From NCBI GenBank assembly GCA_950097015.1, contig CATNEN010000038.1:25544001-25608000 (forward strand): a stretch of 64,000 bases of DNA, in the 5' to 3' direction. Under the pieces are notes generated by a model that was not told the DNA's origin, did not search any database, and saw nothing but the letters and a program-made list of their open reading frames with translations. The DNA is from Macrostomum hystrix (taxonomy: Eukaryota; Animalia; Platyhelminthes). This document shows, one piece after another, positions 36,911 through 49,589 of this stretch (position 1 is the stretch's first letter; every line of letters starts with the position of its first letter). Made by a program: the position numbers and the translations under genes.

Positions 36911-37141
36911 CAGACCGACACATTGTTTAGTTTAGCTAACTAACAAGTCTGATAAGAAAGTGTAGCTTATTCAGCTTGACATCGCTATTACCAAGTTAGC
37001 TTGTTATGTATAAATATTACGGAATAAATAAAACCATATTTCCAGGCCACCAAGCAAGTACCAAGTACTCCTCGCGCTCGAGGTGACGGCGGCCGTCCGT
37101 CTAGCAGTCCCCGCGTCACTGGCGCCAGCCGGTTTATCGAT

Positions 37142-40100
37142 ATGGTAGGCCATCTTCACATTGCGGATGTTTCTATCGTCATCAAATAGCTACATTCTTA
37201 TCTAACTATGTTACATTTTTCATGATAATTTTTTCAGGATTGCGAGAAACGTCTTTCGATGCCTACTAAGTAAGTAGAAATCTGCGTATATTTGTGTATT
37301 TTTTATCAATGTAAAGCAAAAAAATAAACAGTGACATAAATGTTCCCTTAAGAACCGGCTTTGTTTACGACGAGCGAATGGCACTGCACAAGAACGATTG
37401 GAATCCGAAATTTAACGAGAAACCGGAAAGAATAACGACAACATTTGCTAGGCTAACTGAACTGGGTTTAGTTCAACGGTGCGAACGCATTGCGGTGAGT
37501 GGCTTACTCACCTCCCATGAATAAGTACCGCGATGCTGTTACAACTAGTACTTATTGAGTCGCTTCAATTGCATTTCTAACAACCCAAGCGGTTCTCTAA
37601 CTATTCAAATGCCTCTCTAACAAATCAAACGGTTCTCTAACTACTCAAATGCCTCTCTGACAACTCAAACGGTTCTCTAACTACTCAAATGCCTCTGACA
37701 ACTCAAATGCCTCTCTAACAAATCAAACGGTTCTCTAACTACTCAAATGCCTCTCTGACAACTGAAATGCCTCTCTAACAAATCAAACGGTTCTCTAACT
37801 ACTCAAATGCCTCTCTAACTATTCAAATGCCTCTCTAACAACTCAAACGGTTCTCTAACTACTCAAATGCCTCTCTAACAACTCAAATGCCTCTCTAACA
37901 ACTCAAATGCCTCTCTAACTACTCAAATGCCTCTCTAACAACTCAAATGCCTCTCTAACAACTCAAACGGTTCTCTAACTACTCAAATGCCTCTCTAACA
38001 ACTCAAACGGTTCTCTAACTACTCAAATGCCTCTCTAACAACTCAAATGCCTCTCTAACAACTCAAATGCCTCTCTAACTACTCAAATGCCTCTCTAACA
38101 ACTCAAATGCCTCTCTAACAACTCAAACGGTTCTCTAACTACTCAAATGCCTCTCTAACAACTCAAATGCCTCTCTAACAACTCAAATGCCTCTCTAACT
38201 ACTCAAATGCCTCTCTAACAACTCAAATGCCTCTCTAACTACTCAAATGCCTCTCTAACAAATCAAACGGTTCTCTAACTACTCAAATGCCTCTCTAACT
38301 ACTTAAATGCCTCTCTAACAACTCAAATGCCTCTCTAACAACTCAAATGCCTCTCTAACTACTCAAATGCCTCTCTAACAAATCAAACGGTTCTCTAACT
38401 ACTCAAATGCCTCTCTAACTACTTAAATGCCTCTCTAACAACTCAAATGCCTCTCTAACTACTCAAATGCCTCTCTAACTACTCAAATGCCTCTCTAACT
38501 ACTCAAATGCCTCTCTAACAACTCAAATGCCTCTCTAACAACTCAAATGCCTCTCTAACTACTCAAATGCCTCTCTAACAAATCAAACGGTTCTCTAACT
38601 ACTCGAATGCCTCTCTAACTACTTAAATGCCTCTCTAACAAATCAAACGGTTCTCTAACTACTCAAATGCCTCTCTAACTACTTAAATGCCTCTCTAACA
38701 ACTCAAATGCCTCTCTAACTACTCAAATGCCTCTTTTACGACTCTAACGCTTCTCTAACAAATCAAGCACTACATCAACGAAGGCTTCTAGGGCGCATTC
38801 AGTCGCTGGTTTATATATATTTGTTTGTTCTCTTAACGGAATTCAACATTGCGCCTAAATTAAGCATTTAAACATTCCCTAAATACATTTTAGGCCGAGC
38901 CAATCAGTGACGAGTCTATCCTGATGAGTCACTCGCCGGAGTTGCTCAAATTATTAAAAGACAGTGCCAGCATGAGCGACGAGGAGCGAAAAAAGTGGCG
39001 AACCGAATTTGACGAGGCTCCGCTTAGTGTGGTAGGGTGCCGCCATTTTTTCGTTTGATCATATATCGATACCAATGTTCTATAGTTACTACTGATATAT
39101 ATTGTATTGCCAGTAGTAATACACATTGATTTCTCGACTCTTAGCCTAGTGGTTAGATCGTCGAACTCACCACCTGAAGGTCGGGGGTTCGATTCTCGAC
39201 CCAACAAAACAATTTGTGTCGTTTAATCATGACAATTATACGTGTATTGCTTCAGTTCAGTGGGCACAATGTCAGCATGTGGCTCTTTTGAAACTAAATT
39301 TACTAGTGCTATCGTAGATTTAGCGGGTTACAAGGTGTAATTATTTTTAGTTATAATGCAAATGAATATCTGGTACAATGTGTCAAACGCGTCCGTCGCA
39401 GCACACTCACGAAGCGGCTCGCCTATCTGCCGGCGGACTTCAGCGCCTAACCCGAGCCGTTCTAGATGGCCAATTGTTGAACGGATTCGCTCTAATTCGC
39501 CCGCCTGGCCATCACGCTATGCGTAACGATTTTAACGGTTTCTGCTATCTGAATAATGTTTGCTTGGCTGCGCTGACTGCTCTGGCTGCTGACTCCGCTG
39601 GCAAGAGGTTGCTGACTAATTTGCTACACGATATTCAAGTATTCTGTCCCAATGTTTTAAGAGTCACAAAGCTCCTTAGTGGAATTTCCTGTTAAATGAA
39701 TTCTTTTAGTAGGATTCTCCATGGATCGATAGAAATTTATATTGCGATTTATAACAATATCCTTATCAGATTCCCTGTTTAGACGATTTGTATTTCATTT
39801 TGGTAATGCCAGATTAGAATTTGAGGTTAGATTATAAGATTATTTCTTAGTGGGATTTTCCTTTTGGAATTCCCTAGTGGGATTCCCCGTCTTTGGAATT
39901 CCCTAGTGGGATTCTCCGTTTTTTTAATTCCATAGTTTGATTCCCCGTTTTTTAATTACCTAGTGGGATTGCCCATCTTTGGAATTCCCTAGTGGGATTC
40001 TCCGTTTTTTTACTTCCCTAGTGGGATTCCCCGTTTTTTTGATTCTCTAGTTGGATTTCCCGTTTTTTCTAATTCCCTAGTGGGATTCCCCGTCTTTGGA

Positions 40101-43100
40101 ATTCCCTAGTGGGATTCCCCGGTCTTTTAATTCTCTAGTGGGATTTCTATTTTTTATAATTTAACAAGTTGGATTCTTTTTTTATAAAGTTCTAAAGTAG
40201 AATTCCCCTTTAAAAATACCAAATTCGATTTCTTGAGGGAAAAACTGTAGTGCGTTTAGGCGATTCCCTTGCTATATTTACCGCTTTTAGAATTCTCTAG
40301 TGGGAATTCCAATTTAAGGAGTACGCAGATCCTTCCCTTTAGGAATACCTTTTCGGAATATTCATAGTGTGAATCCCCCAGATAATTCCTTTGCGGGATT
40401 CAGCGTCTACGAAGCTTTTGTCAGTAGGAGATTACTTTTTGAATTTGTTTGCAGCATTTCCCATTAAGGGATTTCTTTTTTTATGGTCCACTTTTTAGGG
40501 AAATTCTCACATGATTCCTCATTTATGAAAATCCTTGACACTAGGTCGATCTGTATTACTCAATGCAAAATCTCCGCTTTCATCCCAAACAGAATCCTCA
40601 TTGTTGACTGGGATGTTCATCACGGCCAGGGTATTCAGCAGGCATTCTACGACAGATCTGACATTCTGTACATCAGCATTCACCGCTACGAGCGGGGCCA
40701 GCACTGGCCTAACCTGCGCGAGGGCGACTACGATTTTGTTGGTATTGGCAACGGCCTTGGTTACAATATAAATGTGCCGCTAAATGAAATTGGCCTATCT
40801 AATACCGATTATTTGGCCATATTTCATAATTTAATAATGCCGATCGCTACTGAGGTGAGTCTTTCAGAGTTTTCCCATTATCGATTTTGGGATTCTCAAA
40901 ATTGTTTAATTTTACTATTATTGATTTCAGGATTCTCCTAATTTTTGGATTTACTGATTATTGATTTTTGGATTATCCTAACTTTTGGATTTTCCCATTA
41001 TCGATTTTGAGATTCTCCTAATTTTGGATTTTCCCATTATCGATTTTGCGATTCTCCTAATTTTGGATTTTCCCATTATCAATTTTGGGATTCTCCTAAT
41101 TTTGGATTTTCCCATTATCGATTTTAGGATTCTCACAATTTTTGGATTTTCCAGTTATCGATTTTGGGATTCTCCCATTTTTTGGATTTTCCCATTATCG
41201 ATTTTAGGATTCTCACAATTTTGGGTTTTTCCATTATCGATTTTGGGATTGTCACATTTTTTGGATTTTCCCATTATCGATTTTGGGATTCTCCCAGTGT
41301 TGGGCATCGTTAACTTTTTTTTAACGGATTAAACATCGATCCGTTAAAGTTAAAATTACAAAAAAGTTAACGTTTTACAACATAAGCCGTTAATTTCAGA
41401 AAAAGTTAACGTTTCAGCGTTAAAAAGCGTTAATTTCAAAGCGTTAAACAATAAAATTAATAAAGGGCACGAGAAACCAACACGGCAGCACATGATTTCC
41501 AAAGTAATTTTCATGAGACACCAGGGCATAGCCGCATTTTCATACATACTACATAGATAGACATAGACATAGGCATATGGAACAAATTATGAAAAGCCCT
41601 ACGTAAGAAAGGCTAAGTTAGGTAGAAGAAAGCCAAAAGCTAATTGGGCAAAAGCGGCGGAAACTACTAAACCACACCACACTACCAGGCAGTGCAGGCA
41701 CTAGTCACAATCACAACCGCACTACCAGTCTACCACTATACTAAGGTATACACTGATAGAACGACTCTAATATTGTAGAGACTTTTAACCAGTCAGCAGA
41801 TTCATTGGAGAACTCGAAACAAATTCAGAGTATATTGCACACCTCATCTATCTCAACTATCTCAATTTGACGTGAATTTTGTGCAAAATTCGTAATTAAC
41901 GGAAGTTAACTGCAGTTAAATCGTCAAAAAAGTAATGGAAAATCATGAATCCGTTAAGAGAAAAAAAATTAACTGAGATCCGTTAAAGTTTAAAAAACGT
42001 TAGCGGACTTTAACGGACTTTAACGGTTAACGGACATTAACGGACTTGTGCCCAACACTGGATTCTCCCACCTTTTGGATTTTTTTAACTTTCCCATTAG
42101 CAATTACGGGATTGTCCCAATAACCTTTTTAAAACTTATATATATTTTTAATAATTTAATCCTTGCGGGGTTTCCTATTTGATTATAATCGTGACATTAT
42201 GACAGTAATATCCCAACGACAATAATGAATTGCAGTTCTCCCCAGATCTGGTGTTTGTCTCAGCTGGCTACGATTGTGCAATCGGCTGTCCATTGGTGAG
42301 GCAGCTATTTATAATCTCCAAAATAATTTAGAATCGATCTCTCATTCCTTTTATTGCGCAATGCGATTAGATTAGCAAATTTCAATTGAATTTGCAGGGC
42401 GAAATGAATGTACACCCGGCTTGCTTCGCTCACTTCACGCACTATCTGATGTCCCTAGCCAATGGACGAGTTGTTGTGGCTCTCGAGGTAAATGGGACAA
42501 CCTTTGGCGTGTTGTTTGTGCTTCAGTCGTTCAAATACAGAAATGTAACACAGCTCTAAACACACTGATTTCACATACAGGGCGGCTATTGTCTATCTTC
42601 CCTAAGCGAAGGCGTTGCCATGACAATTCGAACGTTGCTAGGCGATGCACCGCCACGCCTAGAAACCATTGGTGAACCAGCTGATAGTGTCAAGGAGACT
42701 CTGTTGAACTGCATCATGGCTCTGAGACCCTATTGGAAATGCCTGCGAATGCAGGGCTCAACTGGCAATGTACTCATACCGGATATATCCCATTTGAGTC
42801 TGAACTCAACGTGAGTATTGCTTTCAGGCTGAATCTCAGATCCCTATTCTAAAACCCCAGATCCCCATTCAATAACTTTCAGATCCTTATCTAAACTTCC
42901 AAACGCATTACTGAAACTCACAGATCCCCATTCTAAAACTCCCAGATCCCCATTCTAGATCTTCAGATTCCCAGATCTAAAACTGTCCAACCCCCTGACA
43001 CCGCAGACACGAGGTGAAGCTGATCTATCCCTGGGTTGAGTATACTCCCAGTCTGTCGCCTGAGAAGCAGGCCTGGGCCGATGCCGAAGTGAAACGTCTA

Positions 43101-46100
43101 ACGGATCTGGCGGACCTTCGCCCTGTTGACGCCGACGCCAATTCAGCTCGCACCTGCCTAGCCTACGATGCCGAAATGTGCCGGCACGAGAACCTGCTGG
43201 ATCGAAGCCACCCGGAAATGCCTAGGCGCATTGTGCACATCTACGATCAGCTGTGCTCCAAGGGCTTGGCTAGCCAGTGCCGCTTCGCCGCATCTCGGCG
43301 TTGCACGGACGAGGAGGCGCTGCTGTTTCACACACCGGATTCGCTGAACCTAATGGCCAGCTGGAGAAATCTGGACACGGATACAGAGGAATTCGCTAAG
43401 CTACAGATTCGATTCGATTCGCTATATGTCCATCCGGTAAGTGCGTGTTAGTTTTCTGCATAGCAACTAACTAAACCTACATAGCAACTGAGTAAACCAA
43501 CATAGCAACTGTCTAAACCTACATAGCAACTGACTAAACCAACATAGCAACTGACTAATACAACATAGCAACCGACTAAACCTACATAGCAACTGACTAA
43601 TCCAATATAGCAACTGACTAAACCAACATAGCAACTGACTAAACCAACATAGCAACTGACTAAACCTACATAGCAACTGACTAATCCAATATAGCAACTG
43701 ACTAAACCAACATAGCAACTGACTAAACCTAAATAGCAACTGACTAATCCAACATAGCAACTGACTAAACCAACATAGCAACTGACTAAACCTACATAGC
43801 AACTGACTAAACCAACATAGCAACTGACTAAACCAACATAGCAACTGACTAAACCAACATAGCAACTGACTAAACCTACATAGCAACTGACTAAACCAAC
43901 ATAGCAACTGACTAAACCTACATAGCAACTGACTAAACCTACATAGCAACTGACTAAACCTACATAGCAACTGACTAAACCTACATAGCAACTGACTAAA
44001 CCTACATAGCAACTGACTAATCCAACATAGCAACTGACTAAACCTACATAGCAACTGACTAAACCTACATAGCAACTGACTAAACCTACATAGCAACTGA
44101 CTAATCCTACATAGCAACTGACTAAACCAGCATAGCAACTGACTAATCCAACATAGCAACTGACTAAACCTACATAGCAACTGACTAAACCTACATAGCA
44201 ACTGACTAAACCTACATAGCAACTGACTAAACCAGCATAGCAACTGACTAATCCAACATAGCAACTGACTAAACCTACATAGCAACTGACTAAACCTACA
44301 TAGCAACTGACTAATCCAACATAGCAACTGACTAAACCAACATAGCAACTGACTAAACCTAAATAGCAACTGACTAAACCTACATAGCAACTGACTAATC
44401 CAACATAGCAACTGACTAAACCTACATAGCAACTGACTAAACCTACATAGCAACTGACTAATCCAACATAGCAACTGACTAAACCTAAATAGCAACTGAC
44501 AGAACTTACCTAGCAACTGCTTACAAAACTCAAGTAATAATATAGCACAGAATAGAGTAGCAACAAGCGAGTTTGTTTTCTAATTTCTCACTAAAAACGT
44601 TTCCCCAGTTGTCCTACGACGCCGCCCAGTTAAGCTGCGGGACCCTGCTATCCGTAGTGGAGGAAGTGTGTTCCGGACGCAGTCGCAATGGTTACGCAAT
44701 AGTCCGACCGCCTGGGCATCATGCAGAGGCTAGTCAACCCAGGGGCTTCTGTTTCATCAACAATGTCGTTGTAGCTGCCCGCTACGCACTGAATCGCCAC
44801 TCAAAAAAGTTTAGACGAGTTCTAATCCTAGACTGGGACGTGCATCATGGCAACGGTGTGCAGGACGCATTCTATGCCGATAACACCGTCCTGTACATCA
44901 GCCTGCATCGGCACGACTATGGCCGTTTCTATCCTGGGCCCAGCGGGGCCAAAGAAAATGTCGGCTGCGACGCCGGCCTTGGTTTCAACATCAACATACC
45001 GTGGAATGTGAGTTCACTTTCGATTTGGGCATCTTGCTTTGTTATCTGGGTAATCCATTTCCATCTCAGACAGATTCATTTTCTTGATAGTCTCTTCAGG
45101 ATTATCCAGATTAGGAGTTTGTCAATCCCATTCTAGATTATCTCTGACAGATTAGGAGTTTGTCAATCCCATTCTAGATTATCTCTGACAGATTAGGAGT
45201 TTGTTAATCCCATTCTAGATTATCTCTGACAGATTAGGAGTTTGTTCATCCCATTCTAGATTATCTCTGACAGATTAGGAGTTTGTTCATCCCATTCTAG
45301 ATTATCTCTGACAGATTAGGAGTTTGTTAATCCTATTCTAGATTATCTCTGACAGATTAGGAGTTTGTTAATCCCATTCTAGATTATCTCTGACAGATTT
45401 AGAGTTTGTTAATCCCATTCTAGATTATCTCTGACAGATTAGGAGTTTGTTAATCCCATTCTAGATTATCTCTGACAGATTTAGAGTTTGTTAATCCCAT
45501 TCTAGATTATCTCTGACATATTAGGAGTTGGCTAATCCCATTCTAGATTATCTCTGACAGATTTAGAGTTTGTTCATCCCATTCTAGATTATCTCTGACA
45601 GATTAGGAGTTTGTTAATCCCATTCTAGATTATCTCTGACAGATTAGGAGTTGGCTAATCCCATTCTAGATTATCTCTGACAGATTTAGAGTTTGTTCAT
45701 CCCATTCTACATTATCTCTGACAGATTAGGAGTTTGTTCATCCCATTCTAGATTATCTCTGACAGATTTGGAGTTTGTTAATCCCATTCTAGATTATCTC
45801 TGACAGATTAGGAGTTTGTTAATCCCATTCTAGATTATCTCTGACAGATTAGGAGTTTGTTAATCCCATTCTAGATTATCTCTGACAGATTAGGAGTTTG
45901 TTAATCCCATTCTAGATTATCTCTGACAGATTAGGAGTTTGTTAATCCCATTCTAGATTATCTCTGACAGATTAGGAGTTTGTTCATCCCATTCTAGATT
46001 ATCTCTGACAGATTAGGAGTTTGTTCATCCCATTCTAGATTATCTCTGACAGATTAGGAGTTTGTTAATCCTATTCTAAATTATCTCTGACAGATTAGGA

Positions 46101-49100
46101 GTTTGTTAATCCCATTCTAGATTATCTCTGACAGATTTAGAGTTTGTTAATCCCATTCTAGATTATCTCTGACAGATTAGGAGTTTGTTAATCCCATTCT
46201 AGATTATCTCTGACAGATTTAGAGTTTGTTAATCCCATTCTAGATTATCTCTGACATATTAGGAGTTGGCTAATCCCATTCTAGATTATCTCTGACAGAT
46301 TTAGAGTTTGTTCATCCCATTCTAGATTATCTCTGACAGATTAGGAGTTTGTTAATCCCATTCTAGATTATCTCTGACAGATTAGGAGTTGGCTAATCCC
46401 ATTCTAGATTATCTCTGACAGATTTAGAGTTTGTTCATCCCATTCTACATTATCTCTGACAGATTAGGAGTTTGTTCATCCCATTCTAGATTATCTCTGA
46501 CAGATTTGGAGTTTGTTAATCCCATTCTAGATTATCTCTGACAGATTAGGAGTTTGTTAATCCCATTCTAGATTATCTCTGACAGATTAGGAGTTTGTTA
46601 ATCCCATTCTAGATTATCTCTGACAGATTAGGAGTTTGTTAATCCCATTCTAGATTATCTCTGACAGATTAGGAGTTTGTTAATCCCATTCTAGATTATC
46701 TCTGACAGATTTAGAGTTTGTTAATCCCATTCTAGATTATCTCTGACAGATTTGGAGTTTGTTAATCCCATTCTAGATTATCTCTGACAGATTAGGAGTT
46801 TGTTAATCCCATTCTAGATTATCTCTGACAGATTTGGAGTTTGTTAATCCCATTGTAGATTATCGTTGACAGATTAGGAGTTTGTTCATCACATTCTAGA
46901 TTATCTCTGACAGATTATGAGTTTGTTCATCCCATTCTAGATTATCTCTGACAGATTTGGAGTTTGTTCATCCCATTCTAGATTATCTCTGACAGATTTG
47001 AGTTTGGTAATCCCATTCTAGATTATCTCTGACAGATTAGGAGTTTGTTCATCCCATTCTAGATTATCTCTGACAGATTAGGAGTTTGTTCATCCCATTC
47101 TAGATTATCTCTGACAGATTTGGAGTTTGTTAATCCCATTCTAGATTATCTCTGACAGATTTGAGTTTGGTAATCCCATTCTAGATTATCTCTGACAGAT
47201 TAGGAGTTTGTTCATCCCATTCTAGATTATCTCTGACAGATTAGGAGTTTGTTCATCCCATTCTAGATTATCTCTGACAGATTTGGAGTTTGTTAATCCC
47301 ATTCTAGATTATCTCTGACAGATTAGGAGTTTGTTAATCCCATTCTAGATTATCTCTGACAGATTAGGAGTTTGTTAATCCCATTCTAGATTATCTCTGA
47401 CAGATTTAGAGTTTGTTCATCCCATTCTAGATTATCTCTGACAGATTTAGAGTTTGTTAATCCCATTCTAGATTATCTCTGACAGATTAGGAGTTTGTTA
47501 ATCCCATTCTAGATTATCTCTGACAGATTTAGAGTTTGTTAATCCCATTCTAGATTATCTCTGACAGATTAGGAGTTTGTTAATCCCATTCTAGATTATC
47601 TCTGACATATTAGGAGTTGGCTAATCCCATTCTAGATTATCTCTGACAGATTTGGAGGTAATCCCATTCTAGATTATCTCTGACAGATTTGGAGTTAATC
47701 CCATTGTAGATTATCGTTGACAGATTTGGAGTCAAGATATTAGGATTATCTGTATTTGATTTTAGTGAATCTGCTTACCAGCATCATTTATAATAAATTG
47801 CCAAATTTCGCTACCTCAGGGTCGCGTTGGTGATGCAGAGTATCTGGCTGCCTTTCACAACATCGTCCTGCCAGTCGGGCATTCGTTCGACCCAGATCTA
47901 GTCCTTGTATCAGCCGGCTTCGATGCTGCCCTTGGGGATCCTCTCGGCGGATTGAAGGTCACTCCAGCCTGCTACGGTCACCTGACTCACCTGTTAGGCG
48001 GTCTGGCCGGCGGTCGGGTTGTTCTAGCCTTGGAGGGCGGCTACAATTTGACGTCCATTGGCGAGGCGTCTTGTCACTGCGTTGCTTCTCTGCTGGGCCG
48101 ACCAAATCTGCAGCTGCAGCCGGGACTGGCGCCTAACGACCAGTGAGTTTAGACACTGTTTCAGGCTGAATTCAGACACTGTTTCAGGCTGTATTCAGAC
48201 ACTGTTTCAGGCTGTATTCAAGCACTGTTTCAGGCTGTATTCAGACACTGTTTCAGGCTGTATTCAGACACTGTTTCAGGTTGTATTCAGACACTGTTTC
48301 AGGCTGTATTCAAACACTGTTTCAGGCTGTATTCAGACACTGTTTCAGGCTGAATTCAGACACTGTTTCAGGCTGAATTCAGACACTGTTTCAGGCTGTA
48401 TTCAGACACTGTTTCAGGCTGTATTTAGACACTGTTTCAGGCTGTATTCAGACACTGTTTCAGGCTAAATTTAGACACTGTTTCAGGCTGTATTCAGACA
48501 CTGTTTCAGGCTAAATTTAGACACTGGTTTAGACTGTAGTTTAGGATGTATAAATAAACATTTCATTGCAGTGGCGTCAAGACCATTAGAGAAGTGATTG
48601 ATATTCACAAGGCTTACTGGCCACAGTTGAAATTCTCTGGTAAGATGCCTGTAAAATTTTGTAGACATATCGAGACTAAATGGACTTGTGGACTAACCTG
48701 CTTTTTGCTTTGTTTTAGGCGACATTCCTAACTGGGTGGCCACCTCGCCACAGGAGCCCGAGCTGTAAGTAGATTTTTGTTTCCTTGGTCAGCTTATCCG
48801 CGCACCAAATCCCATCATTTGCCATCCTGAGATCCCATCTTCCCAATCCCTTCAGCTCCCATCCTGAGATCTCATCTTCCCAATCCCTTCAGCTCCCATC
48901 CTGAGATCCCATCTTCCCAATCCCTTAAGCTCCCATCCTGAGATCCCATCTTCCCAGTGACTCCCAGCCGCGTCATAACACACTCCTGGCCTGTTGCAGG
49001 ACTAGTGATGGCGCTGCCTCGGTTGACAAGCTCGCCAAGGACCTCCTCAATCTTGGTTTGGTGTCTGGTGCTTCGACCTCGGCCAGCAATGTGGAAGCCT

Positions 49101-49483
49101 CAGTCGGCGCAGCTACAGGAGGCTTCAGTCCCAGCCAGCAGCAGCCGCAGTTTTTCGCAGTCCATCCTCGCACCGACTGTCCGCACGTGATCCAACCCGA
49201 TAGCGTCACTCGCATCGCAGACGGCCGCGGCATTGACGCCGGCGCAGCCTGTCAGAGTTGCTCGGACTGTAGCGAGAACTGGATCTGTCTGGCCTGCTTG
49301 GAGACACACTGCGGTCGCTACGTGTCTGGCCACATGCTGTGCCACAGCAAGACTAGCGGTCACCCGATAGCTCTGTCTTTTAGCGACCTGTCAGTGTGGT
49401 GCTATCACTGCGACTCCTACATTATTTCGTCTGCGCTGGAACCAGCTCTGGCCGCTGCTGCCAATTCCAAATTTGGCGAGTGA
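37142..49483 (+). CDS. HDAC6: Histone deacetylase 6 (two deacetylase domains plus ZnF-UBP)
   Basis: Exons: 37142-37144 (ATG only, tentative), 37238-37269, 37353-37494, 38894-39031, 39402-39607, 40593-40854, 42236-42295, 42398-42487, 42581-42810, 43007-43436, 44609-45007, 47820-48142, 48572-48639, 48719-48764, 49000-49483. Two sets of RPPGHHA / GFC / DWDVHHG / SAG(Y/F)D / LEGGY motifs, and a C-terminal CPH..Cxx[19 protein letters not shown]...[10 protein letters not shown] zinc finger. Confidence 0.95.
37575..38760. repeat. 20-bp minisatellite (ACTCAAATGCCTCTCTAACA/T)n in an HDAC6 intron
   Basis: Direct tandem array. Confidence 0.97.
39140..39265 (+). mobile_element. tRNA-like SINE head, family B (CORE-like)
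   Basis: A box TAGCCTAGTGG and B box GGTTCGATTCT, followed by TTGCTTCAGTTCA, which resembles the minus strand of 56450-56600. No acceptor stem or anticodon arm consistent with a true tRNA. Confidence 0.55.
39845..40145. repeat. Degenerate repeat of about 30 bp (GGAATTCCCTAGTGGGATTCCCCGTCTTT)
   Basis: Tandem array with an internal quasi-palindrome. Confidence 0.85.
40865..41294. repeat. 39-bp minisatellite (TTTTGGATTTTCCCATTATCGATTTTGGGATTCTCCTAA)n, interrupted by a MITE
   Basis: Tandem array. The repeat resumes at 42061-42120 after the insertion. Confidence 0.9.
41295..42060. mobile_element. Non-autonomous hAT-type DNA transposon (MITE), 766 bp
   Basis: 12-bp TIRs CAGTGTTGGGCA...TGCCCAACACTG. 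Perfect 8-bp TSD GATTCTCC at 41287-41294 and 42061-42068. Multiple subterminal CCGTTAA/TTAACGG motifs. No transposase ORF. Confidence 0.92.
43457..44518. repeat. 21-bp minisatellite (CATAGCAACTGACTAAACCTA)n in an HDAC6 intron
   Basis: Direct tandem array. Confidence 0.97.
45107..47735. repeat. 41-bp minisatellite (GATTAGGAGTTTGTTAATCCCATTCTAGATTATCTCTGACA)n, about 64 copies, in an HDAC6 intron
   Basis: Direct tandem array. Confidence 0.97.
48147..48535. repeat. 23-bp minisatellite (TTCAGACACTGTTTCAGGCTGTA)n, copy 1
   Basis: Direct tandem array with the same unit as 51126-51742. Confidence 0.96.
48822..48956. repeat. 37-bp tandem repeat (CCCATCCTGAGATCCCATCTTCCCAATCCCTTCAGCT), about 3.5 copies
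   Basis: Direct tandem array in the last HDAC6 intron. Confidence 0.88.
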
Positions 49484-49589
49484 AATTACAGTACATTAAC
49501 AGTTCATTGCTACCTGTGATGCCATTAATTTCTTAAACAGTTAAATGAGCTGCTCAACTGTCGTTATCTCAGATACTAAGATTGTGTGA

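Noticed and set aside
39140-39206. Possible tRNA gene
   Set aside because: It has A and B boxes but no consistent cloverleaf or acceptor stem, and is better explained as a SINE head. The same applies to 6867-6930.
43467-44516. 349-aa (FSQLLCR)n ORF
   Set aside because: Antisense translation of an intronic HDAC6 minisatellite, with no signal peptide or exon context.
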